Assembly (NCBI GenBank): GCA_050575255.1
Contig: JBNZDD010013567.1
Span: 342,842 to 406,841 of the forward strand
DNA length: 64,000 nt
Direction of reading: 5' to 3'
From: Harriotta raleighana
Taxonomy: Eukaryota
Each line of letters starts with the position of its first letter. Position 1 is the first letter of the stretch. Positions 11,901 through 23,864 of this stretch are shown here, one piece after another. A program made the translations under genes and the position numbers. The notes under the pieces were generated by a model, which saw only the letters and a list, made by a program, of their open reading frames with translations, ran no database searches and was not told the origin of the DNA.

Positions 11901-12739
11901 TTGAGCTTCTATTATATATCATTTGATGAACCCTTTCCTGATGCCAGGTGAAATTTCATTCACTGGTATTACTGTACTATGGATTAATACTTGGAAATAA
12001 TGATACATTATTTCTATAAAGTGGTCAGCAATTATATTCACATAATGAGATTGATCGCTGTGCATCTTTCAATTTTAACCCGAGGTTTATTATTACTGTT
12101 TAAAATCATACTTGGACTTGATTTAAATAATGAGCTCAATTCAATTTTAGTTAAATATTTGGTAGAAAGTTAAATATACCTTGGGAGCAATTTGAAAGTA
12201 GTTTTTGTAAAACTACTTTCCCATGTTTGCTGAAAATGCTCCAAAAAAAGCAGATCTTACTTGGCAAAATGCGGTTCCATACAAATCTTTGTGACAACAC
12301 ACTATTCCTTACTAACATGAACAGCTCTTCAAATGTTTTGCTGGAAAATTAACTTTTCTTTCCCCCAGTAAAGTGTTGAGTTATGAATCCTGTTAACATG
12401 CCAAACCCATGCAAATGTTCACCTACAAAATATGCATTCACAACACTTTGAAGTGGATCCTATGCTTCGACATGCCCTCTTCTCACAAAAAGCACTATAT
12501 CAAATGCCTGAGTTTTAAAAAAAAAAAAAGTTTGTTTGTACTTCATCATTTGAAAATTACAGTTGTAGTTTGCCACCAAAATGTATAATATGGAAATGAT
12601 TTTACTCGAATCTGAAAGGCATGATTGAAGTGGGGAGTCCCTTCAGTGTGCACTCTCTGGATGACGATTGAGAGCAAAATTTTCAGGAGCTGAAAAGTAA
12701 GTTGCCCACACTATCTTACAATAAATCAAAGTTGTTGTT

Positions 12740-13560
12740 ACAATAAAATCATCTTTGAAAAGTTGCCTTCTGGTATGAGTTGTAATAATGAGTTTTTAGA
12801 ATGAGTTGTCCAGCAATCAGTCGTGGGAGGCCTTTGAGGAGACAGTGTGATCTGTCTAAATAATATTAACCATTTGATATTTCCTATTTCAACCGGCTGT
12901 GTGATTGAGACTTGGGGTGTACAACATTAGAAACTTGTGAAATGTGTTTTCATTGTGAAAAATCCCTCACCTGTGAATTGAGATTTCATGCATTAATGGT
13001 TAGTAAGAAACTATGTTATCTACACAAGATAACATAAGATCAAGTAAAGCAGAACAGATCAAAATCATGTTTAATCCATTAGTTTGGGAGTGGAATTTAG
13101 GTGGACTTGAGAGATGTCACAAAGTTGGAGATTTATTGGCAGTAGAAATACAGTACATCCTAATTATATTCCATGTCCCTATTAGCTGTCAGATTCCATT
13201 GCAATCTCCAAATACTGTAGTACCTTATTTTCTGTAGGAGTTTGAAAGCTGAATTGAAAATCCACAGGTTACATTGAGAACAGCAAGTTGTTATTGCTCA
13301 CTCTGAAGCTTTACTAACATTTAAAATAGATATCTGCTGAATATGACATCTATTTATTACCCAAAGTGCCTGACTATGTTATGCAAAGTTGATTTTCATC
13401 ACTGTCTCTCTCAAAATAACTGCTCAACAAGCATGATAAATGGAGGATGAAAGTCGTCACATGTGCACTGCTACCGAAACCAAATTTTCCTTTGGAAGCT
13501 GATTGCCAGTCAACGACATTCAATCTATATTATAAAAGCATATCAGAAGCCTGGCAATTT
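12740..13560 (+). pseudogene. Paramyxovirus-like fusion (F1) fragment A, EVE
   Basis: LPSGMSC, VGDLLAVEIQYILIIFHVPISCQIP (cf. [26 protein letters not shown]), KVPDYVMQ, NNCST...CYRNQIF. Confidence 0.4.
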
Positions 13561-13612
13561 TTTGGGGGAAAAGCTCTAATTCCTTATAAATGATTAATAT
13601 AGTTTTTTTAAG

Positions 13613-14110
13613 GCGATGATAGGGGAATGCATTTTGGCATTGTGGGTGCTACAGCGTAAAGATGAATTATATGGGTTGTCAGTGGAGGAGGATTGAATAT
13701 CTATCAGAAAGGCAGAAAATGTGTTCAGTTTATCCAGCAGTTCTGAATTTGTCTGGCTGGATGATATGGAAGTCTGTGCTAGGTAGAGACACCCACAGCC
13801 TGTAGCCACATTAATTCCACTATGCTTTGCTCAAATTAGAATTGGATGTGTTATAACAAATTCAAATGACACAAATGTTTAAATATCATTGTACCTAACA
13901 TTATTTTGTTGACTGGCTCTGGTTCTCATGAAAATTGTAGCAGGTGATTGCACAAATGCTGAAAACTGAGACCTGTAAGTCACTAGTTCACATCCTCTTA
14001 CTGATGAAATTATACTTTGCTTAAATATCTCTCACCATTTGCTCAGCGTCGAGAACAGCCCCAAATTTCTTATGCTTTTATGTCTGAGATCATTGTCTCA
14101 AAAATTTAAG
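13613..14110 (+). pseudogene. Paramyxovirus-like fusion (F1) Cys-rich region to HRB, fragment B, EVE
   Basis: Mostly one frame with several stops: WVLQRKDELYGLSVEED, ICLAG/DMEVCAR (cf. ECLxGSTxxCA/PR), LIPLCFAQ, MKIVAGDCT (cf. YIAADHCP), LNISHHLLSVENS (cf. PxDISxEL, HRB). Confidence 0.65.
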
Positions 14111-14149
14111 ATGGTGCAGAATTTTTGAATATTTTGAATTGATGATGTT

Positions 14150-14480
14150 AACGCCTTGGGTAAACTTATTAACAGAGTCAACCCACCCCCCACTTCTTGT
14201 AATTGTGCAAATAACGGTTGTGAAGTTGTCTATGCATTGTGTTGCAATATTTCTTTTCCCACATTAATATGTAGAAACATTTTATGTTGCAATACAAAAT
14301 AAGCTTGCTGATTATATAAACTGATGATGTTAAACAACTTCATGTCACATTTTAATTCATTGTGAAGGTACAGAAAGGGACTTTTTCAGGACAACAGGAG
14401 CCACACTATTGGCTCCTGTTATCGTTATCGTTCTTGCAGTTGTTTGTTTCAGGTTCACTGTGTGCTCATTCTTCTAATAC
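14150..14480 (+). pseudogene. Fusion protein C-terminal fragment C (Cys-rich end, heptad, TM), EVE
   Basis: LGKLINRVNP...ANNGCEVV (cf. GTIINQDP...ADHCPVV), IQNKLADY, hydrophobic GATLLAPVIVIVLAVVCF. Confidence 0.4.
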
Positions 14481-14936
14481 CTTGAATAAAATATTGTTGA
14501 GTGTTTGAGGTATATTAACTAAGTGGATTGTTTAAATTAAATTTTAATAATTTTCAGAACCATGATCTATTTGGATAATGGCTCCATTATGAAATTTTAA
14601 CTGGTGTGGTGATTCATGGATCATTGGGTCATTTGATTTTCTTGCAACTATTGGAGTCATTATATTCTGTACTTGAATGCCATTTAACTCATAATCTGAA
14701 AGCTTCAGATCTTCCGTTTCATGGGTACAGTATAATGATTATTTTAGTATTAATTTATCCAATTTGCACAATCCAAAGAAAAATGTGTAATTTTATTTAC
14801 TCAGAAAAATTTGTAAGAAATAATTTGGGTGGGGGAGCTGGAGTAAAGAATTTAGCATTAGACCAAATTTAACATGTATTGTCTGCAATGATGCAAACGT
14901 GTGTTGTACTTGAATGGATCTACAGCTCATTGACTC

Positions 14937-15098
14937 GTTAATAAATAAATTAATTTATATTTATATAGCGCCTTTCACGTCAGGAGGACATCCCAAGGCG
15001 CTGTACAGTCAAGTGGGGGGAGGGGTCGGGGGAAGAAAAGTAGGAAAAATTGACTGTATATTTGTGGGCAAAATGTGGCAGCCAAATTGCGCACAGAA
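14937..15098 (-). mobile_element. L2 tail plus SINE body fragment
   Basis: atttatatagcgcctttcacgtcaggaggacatcccaaggcgct followed by ttgactgtatatttgtgggcaaaatgtggcagcc. Confidence 0.75.
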
Positions 15099-16929
15099 AT
15101 GTTAACCATGTTAATGGCAAATTGCTCCTATTAAATTGCATGGAAGTTGGTGGTGCATTTGCTACTTTCATTCACAGCGTCAGTGATTTGTGCTTTGGCA
15201 GTACAATATATAGATAAACAATCAAACAGACCAAGTAGCATAGTTCTCCACATGATGAATATAACTTGGTAGAATTTCAAGTCAATTCTGTGTGAGTCAC
15301 CTTGTTAGCACCTTGTTAGTAAATGAAAGGAATTTTGTTGGCAGCAAAGATTGATAACTTCGAGCAAATAACAGCAATTTCCTAAATAATGCAGTTGTGC
15401 CGCAATATTTCCACACCAATTTAAAGTGATTAAGCGTAGAAGAATCAATTATTATAAATTTATTTTGTTATGTACTCCTGTAACATCACAGTTCAATTTG
15501 GCCAGGTCTAACCTTTTGTGGAACACACTGAACCTTTCACACATTTCTTACATCAAATACAGACCTGATTGCCAGCATTCCAATCCTGCTTCCAGATGGG
15601 AAACTTTCATTAAGTTGGCTCTCGATTCCAAAAGATGGATATTAGCTTTTTAATGTGGAACGGTGAGGTATTTTAAATGAGATAATGCCGGAGCCAGTAA
15701 TAGAATAATATTTACTGAAATGATAACTTTGTGGCTTTGCATGGTTTGTCGTCATCTAACTGAGCTACTGATTAATACATATCTGATAATTTCATTACTA
15801 TCTTTTCATGATTCAGGGATTATCTCAACGGCAATTTACCCCAGATGCAAATTTCCAAAGGAATGCAAGTCACCGTTTTAATTTGAGTGATTTCCTAAAA
15901 TGCTTTGTTGCGTCCTCCCAACGTGAAAGGCACTATTACCAAATACAAGGATTAGTATTATGTAGGAGTTCTGCTTCCAGCAGTTGGTTTTTCAACATAT
16001 TTTTCTTGAGAAAACTCCTAGATAATACAATAAATGCCATCTCATTCAATCAACTAAGTCTGACCTTGCATTTGACAGGAAAATTCACAAGAAGCCCATT
16101 TCCAATCCAGTCACAAACCAGCCTTGCTCCTGAGCCAGGTGGGTCTACAGTGCTCCATGACCCTGCTGATGCTGATCATCTGCAGAATGGGGTGAGTGAT
16201 TCTTCCCCTCAGCTCCTGTTAGTCCTGCCAAAGACAAAGCCCTACTTTGGATGGGGTAACTTGGGTACTTATAAATAGCGTTGAGGTTCCATAAGCATCA
16301 CACACCTGGTTGATCAAAAAAAGGTTAATCCATCAAATAGCATCATGGATCTGATTTGGAGAAAATTATGGAGATTGCGTTTTCTATTCTTGTTCCACAG
16401 TATTTGTTTTGAAATATAGAGAAGCAAATGTTATTACCAGAAATGTCTACTCATGAACTGGAAGCACTGAAATAACTCAAATACCTTTTTATTTATGAAA
16501 AACAGGTGAAGTTATCGACTATCACAAAGAATATTTACTATTTGGTAACATTCAGCAATAAAAAAAACTAAAATCTGTTTGTAATTATCTTCGACTGCAG
16601 GACTTCTTGATACTGGAAGTTTTGTATGTGGTAAAGCAATGACGTGTGTTGTAAAAATATTGGGAAAACAGTCATTTGTATTTTAACCTTCCCAAATGTA
16701 TTCACATTGCTGAGGCAGAACATATATATTATGATACGTTTCCATTTTAATGTTGCATTTGCTTAATGAAAAGAGCCACAGTATCCCTGCGACTTGGCAG
16801 GAGTGTGACTGCATATGATGCTTTTAGCACTCTCCAATATGTCACTGTTGTTGCCGATCTTTTTGGATGAAACTCCTGGAAAAAAAACAAGAACAGAAAG
16901 TTTCGATTTAGGGAAAAGGAAACTTAGTG

Positions 16930-17152
16930 AGGTCCCCTCTCCAAATTAGTAATGGATTCTACCTATTATTCCCTGGCCTCCTTCAAATCCCGCCTCAAGA
17001 CCCTCCTCTTTGTTGGTCCCATCAGCAACTCCTAATCCCCCCTTCTCTACCCCTCTATTCCCAGCTGAGTTCTGAAACAGTGACTGTCCGGCTCCTTGGG
17101 ACGTCCTCCTTACGTGAAAGGTGCTATACAAGCGTAATTTTGCTGTTGTGGT
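16930..17152 (+). mobile_element. L2-type LINE 3' end
   Basis: C-rich UTR followed by ccttgggacgtcctccttacgtgaaaggtgctatacaagcgtaattttgctgttg; reverse-strand homologs at 40370 and 56783. Confidence 0.8.
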
Positions 17153-17178
17153 TAACAAAATCTGAATGAAAATATATA

Positions 17179-17427
17179 CAGATAGGCCTCGCTTAACGTT
17201 GCTTCAGTCAACGTTGTTCCATTATTACGTTGCTGATACATAGGGGAACATATATGCATTTAACGTGGTGATGTTTGCCATTATGTCGTTCATGCGTGTG
17301 CAAATAAACTACTTTGGGTAGCGTAGGTGTGTATAGACGTTCAGTATTCTTGCACGGGATCATTTAATGCCGTTTCTCTTAAAGTTGAAATTTTCGCGAA
17401 CCCAACTGCGACGTTAAGAGGTAAGTG
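17179..17427. mobile_element. Tigger/pogo-like non-autonomous DNA transposon (MITE)
   Basis: TA|cagataggcctcgcttaacg ... cgttaagaggtaagtg|TA; imperfect TIRs and a TA target duplication. Confidence 0.7.
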
Positions 17428-18197
17428 TATCTTGTGAATTGGGCACCTACTATCATTTACAAAATTAGTGTCAGCATNGGTGTGTATAGACGTTCAGTAT
17501 TCTTGCACGGGATCGTTTAATGCCGTTTCTCTTAAAGTTGAAATTTTCGCGAACCCGACTGCGACGTTATCTTGTGAATTGGGCACCTACTATCATTTAC
17601 AAAATTAGTGTCAGCATTTGCTTGATTGCTACCGTTAGATAGCATAGATCATTTAATTTAAGTACATCCAGCATGAGAGTAATCCAGGATTCCACAAAAA
17701 TGTTTTGGGACCAATTGAATAACTGATTCTGACAAATCATCGGTCCAACAATAATGAAAAATGTATTGTGCGGAACAGTGGCATGCAGTCGTGTGAATCA
17801 GTAACTTGTGCTTGAAGACTCTAATGCACAGGTTCAGATTCACAAAGAAAAATCGGTATCAAACATTTCAAGACTGTTTAACTCAAAATACATGAGATTG
17901 AATATCTTTTTGGCAAGGACGAGAGCTCTGCTCTTGCATCAGGATGGCTAATAATACCAGATACGTGTGGAATTAGCACTTTAGTTGTGTTTCTCTATGT
18001 AGATTGAAGTAGAATAACTGTATGATAGAAATATTTTGATATACTATACCATCCAGCTTCTTTTGGTATTTGAACTTTGAAGGTCTTTTCTTTCCTCAAT
18101 ATCTTGCATTAAATCCTATAACAGTCCTTTTTTTTGTCCATCTTATCATAATTGGACCAATTTGTCCTTAATTGTGATTATGAAATTTATATACTGT

Positions 18198-18543
18198 AAT
18201 AATAATCCTTGCATTTGATATAACTCTTTTCATGACTTCTAGACATCTCAAAGTGCTTTGCAGAATGTAATGTAAAGTGAATTCAATGTATATTTGTGGG
18301 CAAAATGTGGCAGCCAATTGCACACAGCAATGTCCCACAAGCAGTCATGGATTGAATTGACCAATTTAAAAAAAATTTTTTTAGGGATTATTATTGCATG
18401 TGTTAAGGAAACTTGCCCAAGGTTTCGCCCTGACCTCCTGGGAATTGAACCCAGGTGNCAAGGTTTCGCCCTGATCTCCTGGGAATTGAACCCAGGTGTC
18501 TCGCTTGCAAGGCAAGTGCTCTAACCACTGAGGTGCAGGACTT
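18198..18543 (-). mobile_element. Full-length tRNA-derived SINE
   Basis: Head, body and tail present; contains an N-joined duplication at 18458. Confidence 0.9.
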
Positions 18544-18639
18544 CACTGTATATTAAACTGGCATTAGAAGTAGTATCCAGTGAAACCTACATCTCAGCTT
18601 TTTAAAACAATACATTTATTTGGTCTTTTTAAGACAGTT

Positions 18640-19560
18640 AATGGCAATATTTCTCCAATGGAGATGGGATTTGGGAGTTGGAATTTTGATAAGATTGATG
18701 TATAGCTTGTGCAGTTCAACAAAAAGACTGAAGAAATATCTGTGCAGTTTATATCTTCCCACACAAAACCTTAAGATCAGCAGTTATAGGATTTAGGGAT
18801 AGGTATGAACATACCATATCAGCAGGCTGTCTCAGTGTTGCATAATATTTGAAGTTCAAATACTGGTCATGCTAAACAGATGGTTTTTTTTATCCAGGTG
18901 GATTTGATTTACAGAAGTTTCGTCTGCCAGCAAACTCAAATCTCTAATGCAGTGTAATGTTATTCACAAAGAAACATTATTTAATTTTTTTTAAATTCCA
19001 ATATGCGAACATAAGTAAGAGTCAGTGGTCGGAGCTGCACTTCCCACTAATACACTGGTGTGATTAGTAGAATCTGCAGGTGTGGTTGGTAATTGTGAAC
19101 AGTCGTGTGACAAATCCTCTCTGTCTGGCATGTGGCCTTCTGCAAGTCCACTCAGTGCATTAAATAAAGACATTTCTGTCTGTACGGAATATGATTTTAA
19201 CGTCTGTTGTGCCTGGGGTTTGCTCTGTTTCAGTTAAATTGTATTGTGTTCACTGGTTTTACCATGTGCAATATCCACATGTTGTTTATAATTTCTGCAG
19301 TATGTTTCCTCCCGCACTCCCCCCAATTTAAGACCAGTGGAAACCTTATAACATACACTACCTATTGTTGGTATAGTCGGGCCTCATTGCTCGATATATT
19401 GCATAATTTCATGTCTCATCCATGATCCCATTCCTGGAATGTGCATCGAAATGGTGGAAGTTGTAGAATATTGTTCACATTATGGACATTCCAACAGAGA
19501 CATCTCCACTGGTGGGGAGAAAATTGTTGAGTCCACACTGATCATCATTGGGCTAGCATA
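18640..19560 (+). pseudogene. Paramyxovirus-like receptor-binding protein C-terminal blades, EVE
   Basis: GNCEQSCDKSSLSGMWPSASPLS (cf. SCPDGCITGVYTDAYPL) and IISCLIHDPIPGMCIEMVEV (cf. [20 protein letters not shown]); weaker DKIDVxLVQFN upstream. Confidence 0.6.
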
Positions 19561-19599
19561 ACCATCACAGTTAATGTGAGGAATCGAGAAGAGGAAGAT

Positions 19600-19900
19600 T
19601 CAGAATGGGATTGAGAAAGTGAACCCAGAACAATACTTTCAGTGCACCGAGACAGCAGAACAAGTGGTTTAAGAGTAAAGGGGGCAATTTTGGAATCGAC
19701 AGTAGGAATTCTTTATTTACGTGGAGGTCAACCAATGACTGGAGTAGGCTATCAGTAAGTGTTGTTGATGCCAGGACTCTGGACATGTTTAAGAAGATCT
19801 TAATGTAGTGATGGAAGAATAATGGTGTAGGGAGGGTCATTCTGGAAGGATGATATTGAATGGACCAAAGGATCTTTTTCATCTGAAATGATCTTTTGAA
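19600..19900 (+). mobile_element. CR1 LINE ORF2 C-terminus and 3'UTR fragment
   Basis: Region resembling the CR1 RxxFFTxRVxxxWNxLPxxVVxA end (aggaattctttatttacgtggagg...tggagtaggctatcagtaagtgttgttgatgcc...tttaagaag). Confidence 0.7.
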
Positions 19901-19994
19901 AACTTTATCACCACTGTATTTTCTACTAGCTGAAGGCATCATTTTAAACTTGTGTATTATATTTTTCCACATCTCGTGTCCAGCCCAGGTTAGA

Positions 19995-20115
19995 GCGACA
20001 ACAACATTATAGTTGTATAGGGCCTTTCATGTCAGGAGGATGTCCCAAGGCACTGAGACTCCGTCCGGCATGGAGGGCGCTATATAAATCGAAAATCAAA
20101 GTTGTTGTTATTGTT
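19995..20115. mobile_element. Two L2 3' tails in inverted, head-to-head arrangement
   Basis: caacaac...gcctttcatgtcaggagg on the left, ggcatggagggcgctatataaat...gttgttg on the right. Confidence 0.7.
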
Positions 20116-20258
20116 GGCACTGGAGCAGGTCGCGTACCAGCAGTTATGAGAATATTTTCTGTTGGAAATGATTGTTGACTCCCACTGTGTGTTTGCTTGT
20201 TGATCAACAGAAACATGTCAAGACCATAATAAGCATTCATTCTTCCATCACCACATTA

Positions 20259-20470
20259 ATAATAATAATAATAATCCTTGCATTTGATATAGCAGTTTTC
20301 ACATTTTATTGACGTCCCAAAGCGCTTCACAGAATATACTGTAAAGTGAATTGACTGTATATTTGTGGGCGAAACACGGCAGCCAATTGTGCACAGCCAT
20401 GTCCCACAAGCAGTCATGGATTGAAACGACCAATTATATTATTGTGTTTTTTTGCGGAGGGATTATTATT
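20259..20470 (-). mobile_element. tRNA-SINE 3' two-thirds
   Basis: (aat)n-ccttgcatttgatatagc...cagccaattgtgcacagcc family signature. Confidence 0.9.
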
Positions 20471-20977
20471 CTTAAACATGATTGGGTGGTCAGTTGTATC
20501 AATAACTATACAATCAGGTTCACAGCATGGTTTAGCGTCTCATTGGCTGAACATTTTTTTTTTAAAAATCTACTTTATTTGTATTGCCTTTGTTTTTGAG
20601 AATTAGCATTTAGTTCCAAATTGGACTTGATCTCCTCTGAGGAATGGAGATGTTCTCTGTGGCTGTCTCTTCAATTTAGCAATGGATTCTAATACAAGCA
20701 TCATTATAGAGGAAAAAGAATTACAGACAAACACAGGATTCCAAATGTTGGAAAATAAACCTTTGTAAACTTTACTTTTACTGAATTCTGCGATTCAACA
20801 GCTGAAATGCTTGGCATGCTGGACGTGGTTTAGAATCCGGAACGTATTGGTAATAGCTCTACATTCTGAGTTGCATTGCATTATTTTGGCATTTTTGATG
20901 GAAAGAATTGGTTTGTTATTGTTGAGGTACTTACTGTAGATGCAGCCAGTCACAATGTGGTGCATTGATTTCAATGC

Positions 20978-21155
20978 AATAATAATAATCCTTGCATTTG
21001 ATATAGCGCTTTTCACATCTTCCAGGCATCTCAAAGCAGTTCACAGAATGTGCTGTAAAGTCAATTGACTGTATATTTGTGGGCAAAATGGGGCAGTCAA
21101 TTGCGCACAGCAATGTCCCACAAACAGTTGTGGATTGAAATGACCATTTCATTAT
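20978..21155 (-). mobile_element. tRNA-SINE 3' part
   Basis: Family signature as at 20259. Confidence 0.9.
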
Positions 21156-21449
21156 TGTTTTGCTGGTCCAGGAGATTAAATTGAAATGGTGTATTTTTAA
21201 CTTCTCAGATTTAAGTTTGAATCCATCCATTATTGTAAGTTATTTGTAGCTTTAATTATACTGTTGATTGTTTTATTCTCTACACAATGAAGTTCACAGG
21301 TTTGAAGGTCAGGCTTTGAAGAATTATATACCAAATACTTTATTATTGACAGTAGATCTGAGGACATTTGTTTTTCTGAAGGAGCCTGTCAGAAGAGATA
21401 ATTATGATTAGTCTAATTTAGGGATCTCATAGGTTTGCTTTGTTTGATC

Positions 21450-22560
21450 AATTTATTATTTTGGGGATTGCACTCTTGTGATGAGTCCACAGAGCAGGCT
21501 GTCCTGCATGAAGTAGTTATATAGATCACTGTTTACCTAACCCTCTGACAAGCTCATCCTTTTCTGAATAAGTGTTCTGGGAGTTGACTTTGAATCCATC
21601 CGAGAAATGAGAGAATCCCCATCTGCTGGCAATAATGGTCCCATCAAAATTAATTAAGCATTTTCAATCTAGTTGGTGGTTTAGCTTGAATTTACTCAGA
21701 AATCTGAACATTGTTCAGCTATAATTGACACTAAATTGGCCTTTAAAAAAAATTCAGAAATTTCAGTTGTTCTCCTCTGAGGTTAAGCAATTCTGGGAGG
21801 AAAGTTGAAAAACTGTATTTTCCAGTGGCCTTAGGCATAGTCTGACTTGGAAGCACTTATGATGATAATCCTTGTGTTTGATGTAGTGCCTTATTCTGTT
21901 GAAACATCTCAAAGCACTTGACATCATTTTCAGGATACAGTGACTGGGTCACCTTTAACTAACTAGTCAAAACTTGACTCACTTTCACTTACTTTTTGAG
22001 GGGGCTCATCTGGATGTCTGACACAGGCAGAAACCCTCACTGTGCTTAAGAATATTGAAACCAAACTGAGAATTCCACGTATGCCTCTTACATATGGACA
22101 TTTCCCTGTGCTTGAATGGAACAATCTCTCTCTCTGCATGGATACATCTTGTTGAACTAATTCCAGACAGTTTTAGGCACAAGTTTTGCGAGAGCCAAGA
22201 TTCAGAGAGGCCCAAATGTTTCAAACAACTAAAACCGCCCAGCTTGCCATTGAAAGCACTGCTTGGTAAACTTCCTCCTGCTTGACCAGCTAGAACCATC
22301 CTACCCATTAAGGTTTTGGCTTGCAGGGTTAACAGGAGTCAGATGCGAAGAATTTGCGGCCGCCCATGAGCCAAACAGACAGAATGTTGACTTCATTCTG
22401 ACATTCTCCTTGTAGCTAGGTAAGCAGGGTTTATCTGGAGCTGAGCTGGCTCCGTGATGACATGTTTGGCATCTGAATGGCTGAACTCTAAAGCGTGCCT
22501 GTGAAACATGACACATTGTGGCTTAATCAGATTTCTAGTCCGTCTTTTACACCAGGTGTA
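21450..22560 (+). pseudogene. Paramyxovirus-like matrix (M), most complete copy, EVE
   Basis: IILGIA...AVLHEV...SDKLILF (cf. LPLGVG...LLKEA...NEKLVFY), TLTVLKNIETKLRIPRMPLTY (cf. SLTVVP...IPRTMLEF), SAWIHLVEL (cf. rubulavirus SVWIHV/LCN), LRFWLAGLTG, LGKQG, LAP..HVW; SINE tail inserted at about 21860-21925. Confidence 0.6.
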
Positions 22561-23164
22561 AGCTGAGTGCGGCTCTGCATCATTGGACATTGAAATACTC
22601 TGGTGAAACACCTCAAGAATACTGTGATGCCTGCAGCATTGGGGTGCAGCTTGTCAACTAAGTAGCATAACAGCATACAGTATATGACTAGTATAATGTT
22701 CTCTGGGACCTAAGCTAAAACAAACTTTAATTCAGGCTTTGTGGAGAGTCCCTCATTATTCAGAGTGTGGATCTAGAATCTGAATTTGCACCAATCACTG
22801 AATTCACCAAATACTAAATTAGCACCAATCTTACAGTTGAAAAATTACACATATATATGTAACATTAAAAGGTGCAATACATTTTCTGTGACAAGTTAAT
22901 TCTTCTTTTTCCTACGATTCTCATAGCTGGCAAACCATAGAGCTATTTTAGTCCTTTTAAAAAATTATTGTTGCCTCTAACCAGAAGGTTGTCCAATTGA
23001 TAGAAGTGACAATTGGTCTTTTTTGAATGACTGATAACATACACAGATGTAAGTAAATTTTATTTCATGTTTTTCCCCTCTCAAATTAGTGATCACGGAG
23101 AAATCTTTGTTCATCCCTAACTGATGGAGGCATGGACTACTTTCACTTTCCCCGAAGAGGCAGT

Positions 23165-23245
23165 AGGAATAGTATTTACAGGATTGATGGGCTGACTATG
23201 ACAAGATGGGCTGAATGGCCTCATTCTGTGCTGTATAATTCTATG
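23165..23245 (+). mobile_element. CR1 3' tail
   Basis: gatgggctgaatggcctcattctgtgctgtataattctatgatt. Confidence 0.7.
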
Positions 23246-23864
23246 ATTATCTCCTCTCTATCCTGGGATTGGACCAAAAATGACCCCAAATTCTCTTCAG
23301 AACAGCACATCTTGAAAATTAGACACTTCAGGGCACTTCTGAATGGGCCTTTTATGCATCCTTTTCTTTTGAGTCCCAATTCTTAAGTTTCTGCTAAACA
23401 CATCTGGCTTACAGGACGGTCCACTTTTGTAAAAGTATCTTTTCATTCAATTGGAAATTATAGCTAAGTTTTGATTTGATGGCTTAAGTTCCCAATTTAA
23501 TAATGCTGCTATTGAAAGGAAACTGCAGAGCTGTGTTCCCAAGTAAATAGTGAATTGAGTAACTTGTGCAAACATTTCCAGCATTAGGAATCCTAGTGCA
23601 CAACATTCATAAGCTTGTCAGCTCAATTTCTTATTATTTCAAAAAGCTCTCCATAATTTCCCTGAAGCAATTTTCAGATGCATTCTGCATCACATATCCT
23701 TGTCTTGTTTTAACGTGCCACATTTTGTTTCGAATATTTTATTCACATGTTTTATTTAACCCACAAAATCTGGTTGCCAATGCGCTTGACATTTTTTTAG
23801 AAAAAATTACTGGATATAATATTAAACCTGCATAGGAATCGAGAGATTTTTAACCCTTCTACCA

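Noticed and set aside
2606-14480. Single integrated viral genome (N-M-RBP-F order)
   Set aside because: Extra RBP, M and F copies, an inverted RBP, and further N copies downstream do not fit one colinear genome.
15808-16278. Longest ORF in the track (156 aa)
   Set aside because: It runs through an L2/SINE tail (about 15895-15960) and has no recognisable domain; likely a chance ORF.
22555-22650. SGETPQEYCDAC, resembling the paramyxoviral V zinc finger
   Set aside because: The HRRE and WCNP motifs and most cysteines are absent; upstream sequence fits M better.
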